Source: a virus | IMG/VR virus record: IMGVR_UViG_3300043420_000984 | Span: 1-64,000 of that record | Length of the DNA: 64,000 nucleotides | Reading direction: 5' to 3' (one strand) | Shown here: piece after piece, positions 1 to 9,178 of the stretch | How positions within the stretch are numbered: position 1 is the first letter of the stretch | How the letters are laid out: each line of letters opens with the position of its first letter | Notes under the pieces: generated by a model | The model's input: the letters and a program-made list of their open reading frames with translations, nothing else | The model's database searches: none | What the model was told of the DNA's origin: nothing | Position numbers and translations under genes: made by a program

Positions 1-2
1 TT

Positions 3-101
3 AAGGTGCTTCCACCTAAGAAAGAATTCTTTGTCAAACTAATGAGTTACATCGACGAATACCAGGAACGATATGGAGAAAAAACAATTATTAGAGGATA
101 G
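3..101 (+). CDS. 3' end of an upstream gene (partial), probably cyanophage exonuclease A
   Basis: Open frame KVLPPKKEFFVKLMSYIDEYQERYGEKTIIRG* from the window edge; identity inferred only from usual position upstream of gp33. Confidence 0.45.
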   Translation, partial: KVLPPKKEFFVKLMSYIDEYQERYGEKTIIRG

Positions 102-327
102 ATTTATGACAGCTGCGAGATTTTCGCAGGAAGTGGAGAAGATTGCTTTACATAATCCAGATATGAATTATATTGATTCGGTTATCCATTACTGCGAAGT
201 GAATGAAATTGAGATAGATAGTGTAGGTAAGTTGATTAGCAAACCTCTAAAGGAAAAACTCCGTCATGAGGCACAGCAATTGAACTTCATGAAGAAAACC
301 AGTCGCGCAAAGTTGATGCTAGTATGA
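73..327 (+). CDS. gp33: Late promoter transcription co-activator gp33
   Basis: 84 aa with YIDSVIHYCEVNEIEIDSVGKLISKPLKEKL, typical of T4-like gp33; upstream of gp32. Confidence 0.92.
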   Translation: MEKKQLLEDRFMTAARFSQEVEKIALHNPDMNYIDSVIHYCEVNEIEIDSVGKLISKPLKEKLRHEAQQLNFMKKTSRAKLMLV

Positions 328-665
328 GCTTCTTTCAATCCGAATTAGTCCGTGGTGACATCCAAGAGATGGTAGAACTACAGCAGTTTTGCTTTCGTTC
401 TGCCATGAACTTTGTTCTTCTCAATGATGAGAGGAAAATGGAATACTTTGATAAACTAGAGGAACTAGTAGAAAAACAAAAAACTTTTTACTTCCGTATC
501 AAACTTAGTGATGATCCTGAAGCAGTTTCTGTGAGAGAAACGATGCAGCAGAGTGTTATCATGTTGGGTGCTACACCAGGCACACCAATTGAAAGTATGT
601 TTGATGAACTTCTTGAAAAAGTTCGTTACATGAAATCAAAATTAGAAACTGGCACAGGGGATTGA
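324..665 (+). CDS. Conserved cyanophage hypothetical protein (DUF1825-like)
   Basis: MSFFQSELVR start and RIKLSDDPEA motif; syntenic between gp33 and gp32. Confidence 0.75.
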   Translation: MSFFQSELVRGDIQEMVELQQFCFRSAMNFVLLNDERKMEYFDKLEELVEKQKTFYFRIKLSDDPEAVSVRETMQQSVIMLGATPGTPIESMFDELLEKVRYMKSKLETGTGD

Positions 666-691
666 CGCCCGACCCTGTGCCATGTTATTAT
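646..691 (+). promoter_or_regulatory. sigma70-type early promoter of gp32 with AACTGGCAC half-site and hairpin
   Basis: aactggcac, TTGACG (662-667), TATTAT (686-691); ggcacaggg/ccctgtgcc inverted repeat. Confidence 0.65.
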
Positions 692-746
692 GTCTAAGTT
701 GTGAGGGCATCACAGACCAAATCCAAAACTAATCCGAGAAAATCCT

Positions 747-1703
747 ATGTCTTTTGCTGATCTTAAGCGTAAATCCCAGAACAACCTCCAGTTCCTCCAG
801 AAGGAACTTGAGAAATCCGTCAGCGGTAAGCAGGCTGATGAGCGTTTCTGGAAGCCCGAAGTTGATGCTGCTGGTAACGGTTATGCCGTGATCCGATTTT
901 TGCCCGCTCCTGAAGGGGAGACGGTGCCCTGGGCTAAAGTGTACTCCCATGCCTTCCAAGGTCCTGGTGGTTGGTACATCGAAAACTCTCTCACCACTCT
1001 GAACGAAAAAGATCCCGTTGGTGAGATTAACCGCAAACTCTGGAACAGCGGTAGTGATGAAGACAAAGAGACTGCTCGTAAGCAGAAGCGTAAGCTCCAG
1101 TATTACAGCAACATCTATGTCGTGAAAGATCCTAAGAACCCTGAGAACGAGGGTAAAGTGTTCCTGTATAAGTATGGCAAGAAGATCCATGATAAGATCC
1201 TTGCTGCTATGCAACCTGAGTTTCAAGATGAAGACCCTGTGAATGTCTTTGATCTTTGGGAAGGTGCTAACTTCAAACTGAAGATCAAGAAGGTTGCTGG
1301 TTACTGGAACTACGATAGTTCTGAGTTCGATAGTGTGTCTGCCCTGAGTGCAGACGATGATGAACTGGAGAAAATTTGGAAGACTGAATACTCTCTTGAG
1401 GCATTCACTTCTAAAGACCAGTTCAAGACCTACGAAGAACTGGAAGCACGTTTGAACCTTGTGCTCAGTATCACCTCTCGTCCCGCTGCTACTCGTCCGA
1501 GTGTAGATGACGAAGAGTTTGAACCTTATCCCGATCCCAAACCTGAGGTTTCTAGCTTCCGCTCTCGTGTTACTGCTGCTCCCAGTCCTGTAGAAGATTT
1601 AATTAACCAACCAGCATTCATTCAGAATACTTATATGGAAGACGCAGTTGTTAATGATGACGATGCTCTGTCTTACTTCGCACGTCTTGCTGAAGAAGAC
1701 TGA
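747..1703 (+). CDS. gp32: Single-stranded DNA-binding protein gp32
   Basis: DERFWKP, GNGYAVIRFLPAP, HAFQGPGGWYIENSLTT, acidic tail DDDALSYFARLAEED. Confidence 0.98.
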   Translation: MSFADLKRKSQNNLQFLQKELEKSVSGKQADERFWKPEVDAAGNGYAVIRFLPAPEGETVPWAKVYSHAFQGPGGWYIENSLTTLNEKDPVGEINRKLWNSGSDEDKETARKQKRKLQYYSNIYVVKDPKNPENEGKVFLYKYGKKIHDKILAAMQPEFQDEDPVNVFDLWEGANFKLKIKKVAGYWNYDSSEFDSVSALSADDDELEKIWKTEYSLEAFTSKDQFKTYEELEARLNLVLSITSRPAATRPSVDDEEFEPYPDPKPEVSSFRSRVTAAPSPVEDLINQPAFIQNTYMEDAVVNDDDALSYFARLAEED

Positions 1704-1718
1704 ATAACTAGATAAAGC

Positions 1719-1747
1719 AAAGGGTGGGATCTCTCCCACCCTTTTTT
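1719..1747. terminator. Intrinsic terminator between convergent gp32 and gp53
   Basis: aaagggtggga-tctc-tcccaccc-tttttt. Confidence 0.85.
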
Positions 1748-1751
1748 ATTG

Positions 1752-2381
1752 TCAACCAGTTTTCTTGAGACGTTGACTGATGTAATTATCAGATTTTTTA
1801 TAAAGATTTTTCTTTCTAAAGTCATCAACAAACTGTCTAAAGTATGCTGGCTTCAGTAGATAGATTTCTCTTTTCTTTTCATTTTCATTTGAATAGTGTT
1901 CTGCAATAGTAACTGGTCTACAGATTGTGTTGCCCGCTTTGGTTACTATTGCGCCATCGATATTTAACTTATGAGTTTTATTATAAAACGCTTCATCTAC
2001 ATGGAGACCTTCTGGATATGGTCCGATTTCATAAGTTTCGTAGTGGTGAATTGTTCCATATGGATCATCAAACTCTGCTTCTAATGTTTTATACAGAGTG
2101 TAGTTAGTCATCGGCCAATCATATTGTGCGTTAACCATGTTGTTGGTAATTAGAACTACCCAATCATAAAACGGATCGCCATATGCTTTTCTCGCTAGAG
2201 TATCTGGTCTTTCTCCATCAGTAATGGTATACTTATCGAAGATAACCGCGTAAGAAAATACATCTTCATTAATTCTATATCTACGAAAGAAATTCTTTGC
2301 AGTTACAAAATCCGATTCGGAGAATGGATAACTGATAGGCTTTTCGTCGTATGAAATGTCTGGAACTAGTGAGAAGTACAT
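1752..2381 (-). CDS. gp53: Baseplate wedge protein gp53
   Basis: LysM-like YTITDGERPDTLARKAYGDPFYDWVVLITN; ENEKKREIYLLKP. Confidence 0.92.
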   Translation of the reverse strand: MYFSLVPDISYDEKPISYPFSESDFVTAKNFFRRYRINEDVFSYAVIFDKYTITDGERPDTLARKAYGDPFYDWVVLITNNMVNAQYDWPMTNYTLYKTLEAEFDDPYGTIHHYETYEIGPYPEGLHVDEAFYNKTHKLNIDGAIVTKAGNTICRPVTIAEHYSNENEKKREIYLLKPAYFRQFVDDFRKKNLYKKSDNYISQRLKKTG

Positions 2382-3475
2382 TAGTATTTGTCCGCCTCTT
2401 CTGAGAATATGAGTTTGGTTTCCTGGAATGATAACGACAATTGAATTGCAACCATACTTCCATCATCATATGTAGCATACGCTCCATCTGGTGTGTAGTT
2501 CACATCAACTTGAGTGATCGCACACATCTTATACTGAGTCACATCAGTATTTAAGTTACCACCTCGCATGAAAGAAACTTTGCAAACATCTGGAACTCTA
2601 ATAAAGTTATTACTAATTGATTGTGGGGATGCAAGTAGTGTTGATAAAGGAAGTTCAGTTCCCTTTGCAAACTTTGGTAGCATAGCTTTCTTAAACTCCT
2701 TGATAATATCCTTTATCATCTGAGCTTCGGATTGATTTCTAGGAACCATTTTAAAGTTTAAAGAAAAGTTTCTGAGATCAATACCACTAAACAATAGTTC
2801 TACGTTTGGGTTCAGAATTACTCCACGAGTGCTAGCAAAGATATCATTTGCTTCAATTGATTCTCCAGTTATCTTACCGATAACTTCTTGAATAACCTTG
2901 GCACCTGCGTTGGGAATAAACTGATCGACTATTGTTTCTGTGCTAGTTGCTATGTTAGACAGAAGTTGTCCAGCATTTCCAGATCCAGCAGTTGTCAAAG
3001 CATCTCTACCAATATTACTGAATGCTTTTCCAGTCCAGTTTGCTTTATAACCAGTTGAGATATCTTCTGGCATGTAGAGAACTATAGTTTTACCAGAAGT
3101 TTTATCATATAATCTGGAAGACATCGCGCTTTCATTATATGCACCAAGTGGACCAGCCTTTGCTTTTGTATCTGCTCGATTTATATTTTGAAAGGGTGGT
3201 TTGTACTCATAGAATTCGAACATTACATAGTCTGAATTCTCTTTCATGGCGACATCTTTTGGATATCTCAAGGCACCAGTTGTAGTACCACCAGAGGGAG
3301 TAGAAATTGCTGTGTAAGCTGTTCCGCCTGGATTTGCAGACTTCCACTTGTCTTTTGTTATTTCATTCCAATCTCTTCCATTCCATTCCCAATATTTAAA
3401 GGATCCAAAACCACCAGTATATGTGGTTTCTCCTACCTTCTTCCCATCTTTATTAGGCTTTCCTGGTCCGAACAT
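2381..3475 (-). CDS. gp48: Baseplate tail-tube cap gp48
   Basis: LRYP, LYMPEDI, NPNVELLFSGIDLRNFSLNFKMVPRN, VNYTPDG, LSFQE motifs. Confidence 0.9.
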   Translation of the reverse strand: MFGPGKPNKDGKKVGETTYTGGFGSFKYWEWNGRDWNEITKDKWKSANPGGTAYTAISTPSGGTTTGALRYPKDVAMKENSDYVMFEFYEYKPPFQNINRADTKAKAGPLGAYNESAMSSRLYDKTSGKTIVLYMPEDISTGYKANWTGKAFSNIGRDALTTAGSGNAGQLLSNIATSTETIVDQFIPNAGAKVIQEVIGKITGESIEANDIFASTRGVILNPNVELLFSGIDLRNFSLNFKMVPRNQSEAQMIKDIIKEFKKAMLPKFAKGTELPLSTLLASPQSISNNFIRVPDVCKVSFMRGGNLNTDVTQYKMCAITQVDVNYTPDGAYATYDDGSMVAIQLSLSFQETKLIFSEEADKY

Positions 3476-4152
3476 TATACGCTCATCTCCTTAGATTGTT
3501 TGCTGCCGTATCCTTTCACCGTTCTGTGTCCTGTGATTTTGTCGTAGAAACTTTCATCGGTCTCTTCCCAAACAGTTTGTTTATCTATTGGGAATATTCT
3601 TCCGTTCATATTCTTCACAAAATCTTCTATCGGTAAAAGAATGGCGGTATCCCATTCGACCAAAGCAAGATCAAGATATAATCCTTCTACATGGTTGTGA
3701 ATATATTTATGGAGACACTTCTTAGGTATGTCAATCCTTCCTTTCATTAACTTCTGTGTTGCAAGAAGTCTTTTCTTTGGTGAGAGGTAGTGGAGATTGG
3801 CACCCCAGAACTCATCTCTGTTTGACTTAAGAACATAGACAAGAGGGTTTCTGTCATAGTAAGGTAACCATCTCATCTTTGCTTTGTATTCAAACATGTA
3901 GAGGTGTCCTTCTACAGTATATCTTCTGAGTTCATTTCTGTCTTGTTCTTTGGCAAGACCTCCACGATCTTTGCGCTCATCAATAACATATTTCTCTAAG
4001 TTTGTATTATACTTACTTGCTTCTGCTTTGACTGCGCTTCTATACCAAGAGAGAGATTTCTTTTCTCCCTTGGTTGCTTCGTTTACTCTTTCAAAGAGTG
4101 TTTTGTATCCAGTATTTTCTTTTGGTGTTTTTGTAGCAAATCCTTTTGCCAT
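3475..4152 (-). CDS. gp2: DNA end protector gp2
   Basis: GHLYMFEYKAK..LPYYDRNPLV, FWGANLHYL. Confidence 0.9.
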   Translation of the reverse strand: MAKGFATKTPKENTGYKTLFERVNEATKGEKKSLSWYRSAVKAEASKYNTNLEKYVIDERKDRGGLAKEQDRNELRRYTVEGHLYMFEYKAKMRWLPYYDRNPLVYVLKSNRDEFWGANLHYLSPKKRLLATQKLMKGRIDIPKKCLHKYIHNHVEGLYLDLALVEWDTAILLPIEDFVKNMNGRIFPIDKQTVWEETDESFYDKITGHRTVKGYGSKQSKEMSV

Positions 4153-4154
4153 GT

Positions 4155-4586
4155 CTATACTCCTAAATGGTCTTCGGTGAGTATCAAGAAGTTCATCTGC
4201 CTGTCTTCACAATACTCACGAGCAGCGGACCATTTAGCTTGGTTCTTTGCGAATGTTATAACTGCATCACGGTAGGCAGCAGTTCGTTTGTTTTTGTCAT
4301 TCGGGGGTTGTGTTTGTTTTTTGGGTTTAATCTCGATAATATATTTGGTAATCTTACCAGTTTTTTCCTTTACCTTGATGTAAAAGTCTGGGAAGTATCG
4401 CCTCACCTTTCCATCGGGAGCACGGTAAGGTATGATTACCTCTTCGCTCCCCCACTCTATTATCGAGGGGTTGTTATCACAGAACACCATGAACTTTCGT
4501 TCCCATAATGATCTATAGATAACACGAGTTGGGTTTCCACGATACTTTCCAGGATTTACAGGTTTGTATAATCCAGAGTACGCCAT
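4155..4586 (-). CDS. gp4: Head completion nuclease gp4 (start re-assigned to MAYSG)
   Basis: KYRGNPTRVIYRSLWERKFM, WGSEE, RYFPDF, IEIKP, NQAKWSAA. Confidence 0.93.
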   Translation of the reverse strand: MAYSGLYKPVNPGKYRGNPTRVIYRSLWERKFMVFCDNNPSIIEWGSEEVIIPYRAPDGKVRRYFPDFYIKVKEKTGKITKYIIEIKPKKQTQPPNDKNKRTAAYRDAVITFAKNQAKWSAAREYCEDRQMNFLILTEDHLGV

Positions 4587-4615
4587 AAATATAGTTGGAC
4601 CAACATAGGTATTTA
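4584..4615. promoter_or_regulatory. Divergent T4-type late promoters for gp4 and the gp54-like gene
   Basis: cATAAATA on + (4584-4591) and CTAAATA on - (tatttag 4609-4615). Confidence 0.6.
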
Positions 4616-4617
4616 GT

Positions 4618-5292
4618 GTGTCTATAGATAGTTTCCTGGGTACTATTGCTGCTAACGGCGGGATGTCGTTCAGCAATAACTTTGTTGTGAGATTTCTTAA
4701 CCCACCAATTACTCCTCCTGGTGGTCAAGCTGGAGACTACTTTGAGTATTTTTGTAGCGAAGCACAATTACCAAACACTAATACCGCTCAAGGTCAAATA
4801 AACGGAATATATCTTGGTAGCGGATCGATTCAATACCCACACACCAGAGTATTCACAGAAATTCAGCTTGGATTTTTATGTGATGCTAACATGTCGGCAT
4901 TAAAGTTTCTTCAAGACTGGGTTGATTATATTTTTAACGAGCAAGGAACTAATCAAACTGCAAAGTCACTATCACAAATGCAGTCTCTTGCATATGGACC
5001 AATCAGAGATGAAAATAGAAATGTTCGATTAAAATATAGAGATCAATATGCTTGTAATATTGCAATAACTAAAACTGAAACTGGTCCTAGATCAACAACA
5101 GAAAGGGCACCAATCACATATATCCTAGAGAAAGCATATCCATTTGCTATTGATGCTGTTCCTCTACAGTTTGGATCATCTCAAATTACTCAAGTAACAG
5201 CACAGTTCTCATATATGAGACATTATGTTATTAAAAATGATATCACTTCGAACAGGGGTGATATAAAAGGATTGACAGATTTGTACAAATAG
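4618..5292 (+). CDS. Baseplate tail-tube initiator / tail-tube-like protein (gp54-like)
   Basis: FCSEAQLPN, LEKAYPFAIDAVPLQFG, VTAQFSY; position between gp4 and gp26. Confidence 0.7.
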   Translation: MSIDSFLGTIAANGGMSFSNNFVVRFLNPPITPPGGQAGDYFEYFCSEAQLPNTNTAQGQINGIYLGSGSIQYPHTRVFTEIQLGFLCDANMSALKFLQDWVDYIFNEQGTNQTAKSLSQMQSLAYGPIRDENRNVRLKYRDQYACNIAITKTETGPRSTTERAPITYILEKAYPFAIDAVPLQFGSSQITQVTAQFSYMRHYVIKNDITSNRGDIKGLTDLYK

Positions 5293-5361
5293 CAAAATTG
5301 ATTTTTCAATTCCATAAAAGCGGGAAAAAATTTTTCCGCCAAAAAATGGTCAAAAAAGTTG
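5293..5361. repeat. Phased A/T-tract intergenic element, copy 1
   Basis: Similar to 17748-17815, shared cggga(a)aaaatttttccgccaaaaaat core. Confidence 0.75.
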
Positions 5362-5394
5362 CGCTAAATATACATATGATCTGATCTGGGTATA

Positions 5395-6108
5395 ATGGCA
5401 TTACCACAAGTTGCTCTTCCAACTTATGAGTTGGAAATTCCTTCTAATGGAAAGAAAATTAAATATCGTCCGTTTGTTGTAAAAGAAGAGAAGCTTCTTT
5501 TGCTGGCACTAGAAACAAATGACGAGAAAGAAATCGAAAATGCTGTAAGAAATCTTCTCAAAGGATGTATTCAAACTCGTGTGAAGTTAGACGAGTTAGC
5601 ATCTTTTGATTTGGAATATATCTTCCTCAACATTCGTGCTGTATCAGTTGGTGAAGTTGTCGAGATGAATATTACATGTGAAGATGATGGAGCAACACAG
5701 GTTCGTTACAACCTCAATCTGACAGATGTTAAGGTTACCAAACCAGAAGGTCATAGTAATAAAATTATGATATCTGATACGATGGGTGTGATTATGAAGT
5801 ACCCATCGTTCGATGAGTTTGTTAAGATCTCAATCATCGGTCAGTCACCAACTGCAGATAATGTTATTCAGATTATGGCAAACTGCATCGATCAGATCTT
5901 TGAAGGTGAAGAAGTATATGATAGTTCTACGACTAGCAAGAAAGAATTTGTTGAATTTCTAGAAGGACTTACAAATCAACAGTTCGAAGATATTCAAAAG
6001 TTCTTTGATGATACTCCAAGATTAGAACATTCATTTAAGATCAGAAATCCAAATACTGGTGTGGAGAATGATGTAACGATTTCTGGGTTATCCAATTTTT
6101 TCGCATAG
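5395..6108 (+). CDS. gp26: Baseplate hub assembly protein gp26
   Basis: PTYELEIPS, KYRPFVVKEEKLLL, FDLEYIFLNIRAVSVGE, ends GLSNFFA. Confidence 0.95.
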   Translation: MALPQVALPTYELEIPSNGKKIKYRPFVVKEEKLLLLALETNDEKEIENAVRNLLKGCIQTRVKLDELASFDLEYIFLNIRAVSVGEVVEMNITCEDDGATQVRYNLNLTDVKVTKPEGHSNKIMISDTMGVIMKYPSFDEFVKISIIGQSPTADNVIQIMANCIDQIFEGEEVYDSSTTSKKEFVEFLEGLTNQQFEDIQKFFDDTPRLEHSFKIRNPNTGVENDVTISGLSNFFA

Positions 6109-6158
6109 CACTCTTCCACAATACGCTGGAAGGGTACTATAAAACCAACTTTGCTTTG

Positions 6159-6290
6159 ATGCAGCACCATAAATATAGCTTGACTGAGATTGAAAATATG
6201 ATGCCTTGGGAGAGACAAGTTTATACTAGTCTCTTAATGCAATATCTTGAACAAGTCAAACAAGAACAGCAAAAAGCAGCACAGCGGTAA
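6159..6290 (+). CDS. gp51: Baseplate hub assembly catalyst gp51 (not in ORF track; frame open from 6102)
   Basis: YYKTNFALMQHHKYSLTEIENMMPWERQVY motif; stop overlaps ATG of next gene. Confidence 0.88.
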   Translation: MQHHKYSLTEIENMMPWERQVYTSLLMQYLEQVKQEQQKAAQR

Positions 6291-9178
6291 TGGCACACGG
6301 TTTCCTAGCATATGAACCAGTATCGGGAGAAAGTCCTTTAGTTAACTTTGCCAAGAAAAAGTTAAAAGAAGGACTTAAAGCTTTATGGGGAAAATTCCAA
6401 AAGACTAGTGGATCTTTAGTAAAAAGTTCTGGTGGTCAAGTACAGTATGATGCCAATCCTCAAGGTGTAACAGTAAAAGATGTAACACAACCAGAACCAG
6501 CAGCCAAAAAAATGTTTTCTGGCACAACTGCCAGAGCACTTGGAGCAGGAATTGGATCTATTAGTAAACAAGAACCATCAGCAATTCCAGGTGGAACGAG
6601 TGGAGGAATTGCTACTAGACCTGGAGGATCATTTACTGAATTACCAGGAATTTCTGCTGCTTCTGGTGGATTGAATGCAGAAACATTTTTTAAGCAGGCA
6701 ACAACTGGTGTTGGATCATCTGGTGAGTATTTGTCAAATGCCCAGAGAAGAGAAGCATTTATCAAATCTCGCCAAGAAGGAGTAAAAACTGCAGAAGCTT
6801 CTGCATCTGCTCCTCCAATTTCACCAGATAGTGGAGTTGATATTGTCGCTGCAGTAAACAGAAACACGCAAATGATCGTGTCTCTGGTTGAAGCAGTCAA
6901 GGCACAAACAAAAAATGATAGTAACCTAGTAGAAAAGCAAATTCAGGGTCAAGAAACCTTGATGCTTCGCGCTGCTGCTAGAGATGAAGAGGCATCCTTA
7001 GAACAAGGAAGTGATCTCTCTGGTTTTATGACACCAGAGAATTTTGCAAAAAGAAAAAAGAACGAAGAAAAGAAAGAAACTGGTAGTAAGCTAAAAGAAT
7101 TCTTTAGAGGTCCAAACCCATTCAAAAAGGATGAGGGATGTGGTTGTAGTCCTATCATGCCTGGTCCTGGTGGACGCGGACCAATCCTAGGAGGACCCCC
7201 AGGAGGCGGCGGACTGCCTATCCCAGACTATGTTGATCAGTATCGTGATATGAACCGCCGCCCTGGCAGCAGACTTGGTGGTGGCGCTCCTGTGACCCGT
7301 AGAGCGGGTGGTGGAAGGAGAGCAACCCGTCTTGCCACTAAGATCGGCGGTAAGGGAGCTGGTAAAGCAGTAGCAAAAGGTCTAGGTAAATTTGGTGCTA
7401 AGAGAATTCCAGGATTAGGATTACTTGCTGGTATCGCTTTTGGTGCTGAGAGAGCGATGAAAGGAGATTTTCTAGGTGCTGCTGGAGAAGTTGCTTCTGG
7501 TGCTCTGGGTCCAGCAGGATTTGCTATTGATGCTGGATTAGCAGCAAGAGATGCTGGTCTAACTCCATTTGCGGAAGGTGGTATTGTAACTAGTCCAGTT
7601 GCTGGATTAGTTGGTGAAGCGGGTAACGAAGGTATTTTCCCACTAGAAGGTAAGCGTGGAGAGAAGACATTTAGAATGTTTGGTGAAGGTGTATTCCAGG
7701 CACAGAAAGATAATGATAAAGATTTTGCTAAGTTACAGTCGATGGGACTGAAGCAATATTATGAGAGAGAAGGTGGTTTCAAGAAAATGGGTGAAGGATT
7801 GAAAGGATTTTTTGAAAGCCTTGCTGGTGGTATTGCTTCTTTATTTGGTGGTGCTGCTAATGCGGGAACTCTAGATCAAGCTGGAGATTATCTTGGTGGC
7901 GGAGATTTTTCTGGTAATAGTGCTCAAGATCAGGCGATGAATTATTTCATCAGTCAAGGATTATCTAAGGATCAAGCAGCGGGTATTGTTGGAAACTTGA
8001 TGCAAGAATCTACTGCCGCTCTTGATCCAAAAGCAAATAATGGAACTCACCGTGGAATAGCTCAGTGGGATAAAAATAGATGGGCAAACTTTGAAAAATT
8101 TGCTAAGAAAAAAGGATTAGATGTAAATACTAGAGAAGCACAACTCCAGTGGATTATGGAAGAAATGAGAACTGGTGATGGTGGACTTGGTATTGAGAGA
8201 TTCAAGAAAACTAAAACTGCGGCAGAAGCAGCTGCTCTATTTGTAAAAGACTATGAAAGATCTGGAGAAAAACCAGGACAAGCTGGATATGATGCAAGAA
8301 TTAGAAATGCTAATACACTCGCAACTAGACAAATAACTGGAGGTGGGGGACCTGGGAGAGGTGGTGGATCTTCATCTGCTTTAGCAAATGCTGCAGCGCG
8401 TTTGAAGGGAATGTCAACAAAAGATAGTCCAGATGGTGGTGAAAATGGTTGTGTCTGGGCTGTAAACAAAGTATATAAAGCTGCTGGAATTACGCCTCCG
8501 TGGGGATCATCTGTGTATGTTCCAGATGCCGAAAAGAAAATGATTGGATCTGGATACCAACAGGTTGGTTATGGCCAGAGACAACCTGGCGATGTTATGG
8601 TAATGTATGATAGACAATCACCACCACAAGCACATATTGGTGTTGTTTTGCCAAATGGTAATATTCTTTCCAATTCGTCAAGTAAAGCAAAATTTGCTTG
8701 GGAAGCTTCTCCAGAAGAATATAATAGGTATTATGGAGCACAGGGAAAAATTTATAGAATGCCTGGTGGAGCTAGTGCTAGTACTATAGCTAGAAATAGA
8801 GGAAATCAATCTACAGCGGCGGCGCCAGCGCAACCATTATCAACAAATGGCAATCCAAACGGCAATCCAAATGCTATGTCTCCTCTATTCCAAAGACCTG
8901 CAGCTAATAAACCTGCTGCAGCAGGAGTAACACCAAGTCCTTTATTTAATATGTCTGCTGCTAACGCAAATACTGGCACACCTATGATGGCAACATCTCA
9001 GCAAGTTGCTATGGCATCTATGAGTGGTGGAGCAGCACCAACTGTTATTAATAACTATTACACAAGTGCTGGTGGTAGTGGCGGTGGAGTAAATCCAAAC
9101 GGTGTTTCTCCTGGTATTGGTATGGAACAAACTGGCACAGCAGTATTCCAAGATCTAAGAATTAGGGCACTAGCATAA
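6290..9178 (+). CDS. Tape-measure/baseplate hub-like protein with phage tail lysozyme and NlpC/P60-CHAP-like domains
   Basis: Gly/Ala-rich; FAEGGIV..GEAG; AAGIVGNLMQES..GIAQW..YERSG (tail lysozyme); GCVWAV..PGD..HIGVV (Cys-His hydrolase). Confidence 0.75.
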   Translation: MAHGFLAYEPVSGESPLVNFAKKKLKEGLKALWGKFQKTSGSLVKSSGGQVQYDANPQGVTVKDVTQPEPAAKKMFSGTTARALGAGIGSISKQEPSAIPGGTSGGIATRPGGSFTELPGISAASGGLNAETFFKQATTGVGSSGEYLSNAQRREAFIKSRQEGVKTAEASASAPPISPDSGVDIVAAVNRNTQMIVSLVEAVKAQTKNDSNLVEKQIQGQETLMLRAAARDEEASLEQGSDLSGFMTPENFAKRKKNEEKKETGSKLKEFFRGPNPFKKDEGCGCSPIMPGPGGRGPILGGPPGGGGLPIPDYVDQYRDMNRRPGSRLGGGAPVTRRAGGGRRATRLATKIGGKGAGKAVAKGLGKFGAKRIPGLGLLAGIAFGAERAMKGDFLGAAGEVASGALGPAGFAIDAGLAARDAGLTPFAEGGIVTSPVAGLVGEAGNEGIFPLEGKRGEKTFRMFGEGVFQAQKDNDKDFAKLQSMGLKQYYEREGGFKKMGEGLKGFFESLAGGIASLFGGAANAGTLDQAGDYLGGGDFSGNSAQDQAMNYFISQGLSKDQAAGIVGNLMQESTAALDPKANNGTHRGIAQWDKNRWANFEKFAKKKGLDVNTREAQLQWIMEEMRTGDGGLGIERFKKTKTAAEAAALFVKDYERSGEKPGQAGYDARIRNANTLATRQITGGGGPGRGGGSSSALANAAARLKGMSTKDSPDGGENGCVWAVNKVYKAAGITPPWGSSVYVPDAEKKMIGSGYQQVGYGQRQPGDVMVMYDRQSPPQAHIGVVLPNGNILSNSSSKAKFAWEASPEEYNRYYGAQGKIYRMPGGASASTIARNRGNQSTAAAPAQPLSTNGNPNGNPNAMSPLFQRPAANKPAAAGVTPSPLFNMSAANANTGTPMMATSQQVAMASMSGGAAPTVINNYYTSAGGSGGGVNPNGVSPGIGMEQTGTAVFQDLRIRALA

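Noticed and set aside
729-1226. Long antisense ORFs (also 46123-47397, 58804-59865, 52989-53507 and many shorter ones)
   Set aside because: Shadows of well-supported + strand genes; no recognisable motifs or expression signals
4587-4676. N-terminal extension of gp4 in the ORF track
   Set aside because: Overlaps the divergent gene and promoters; MAYSG at 4586 is the typical gp4 start
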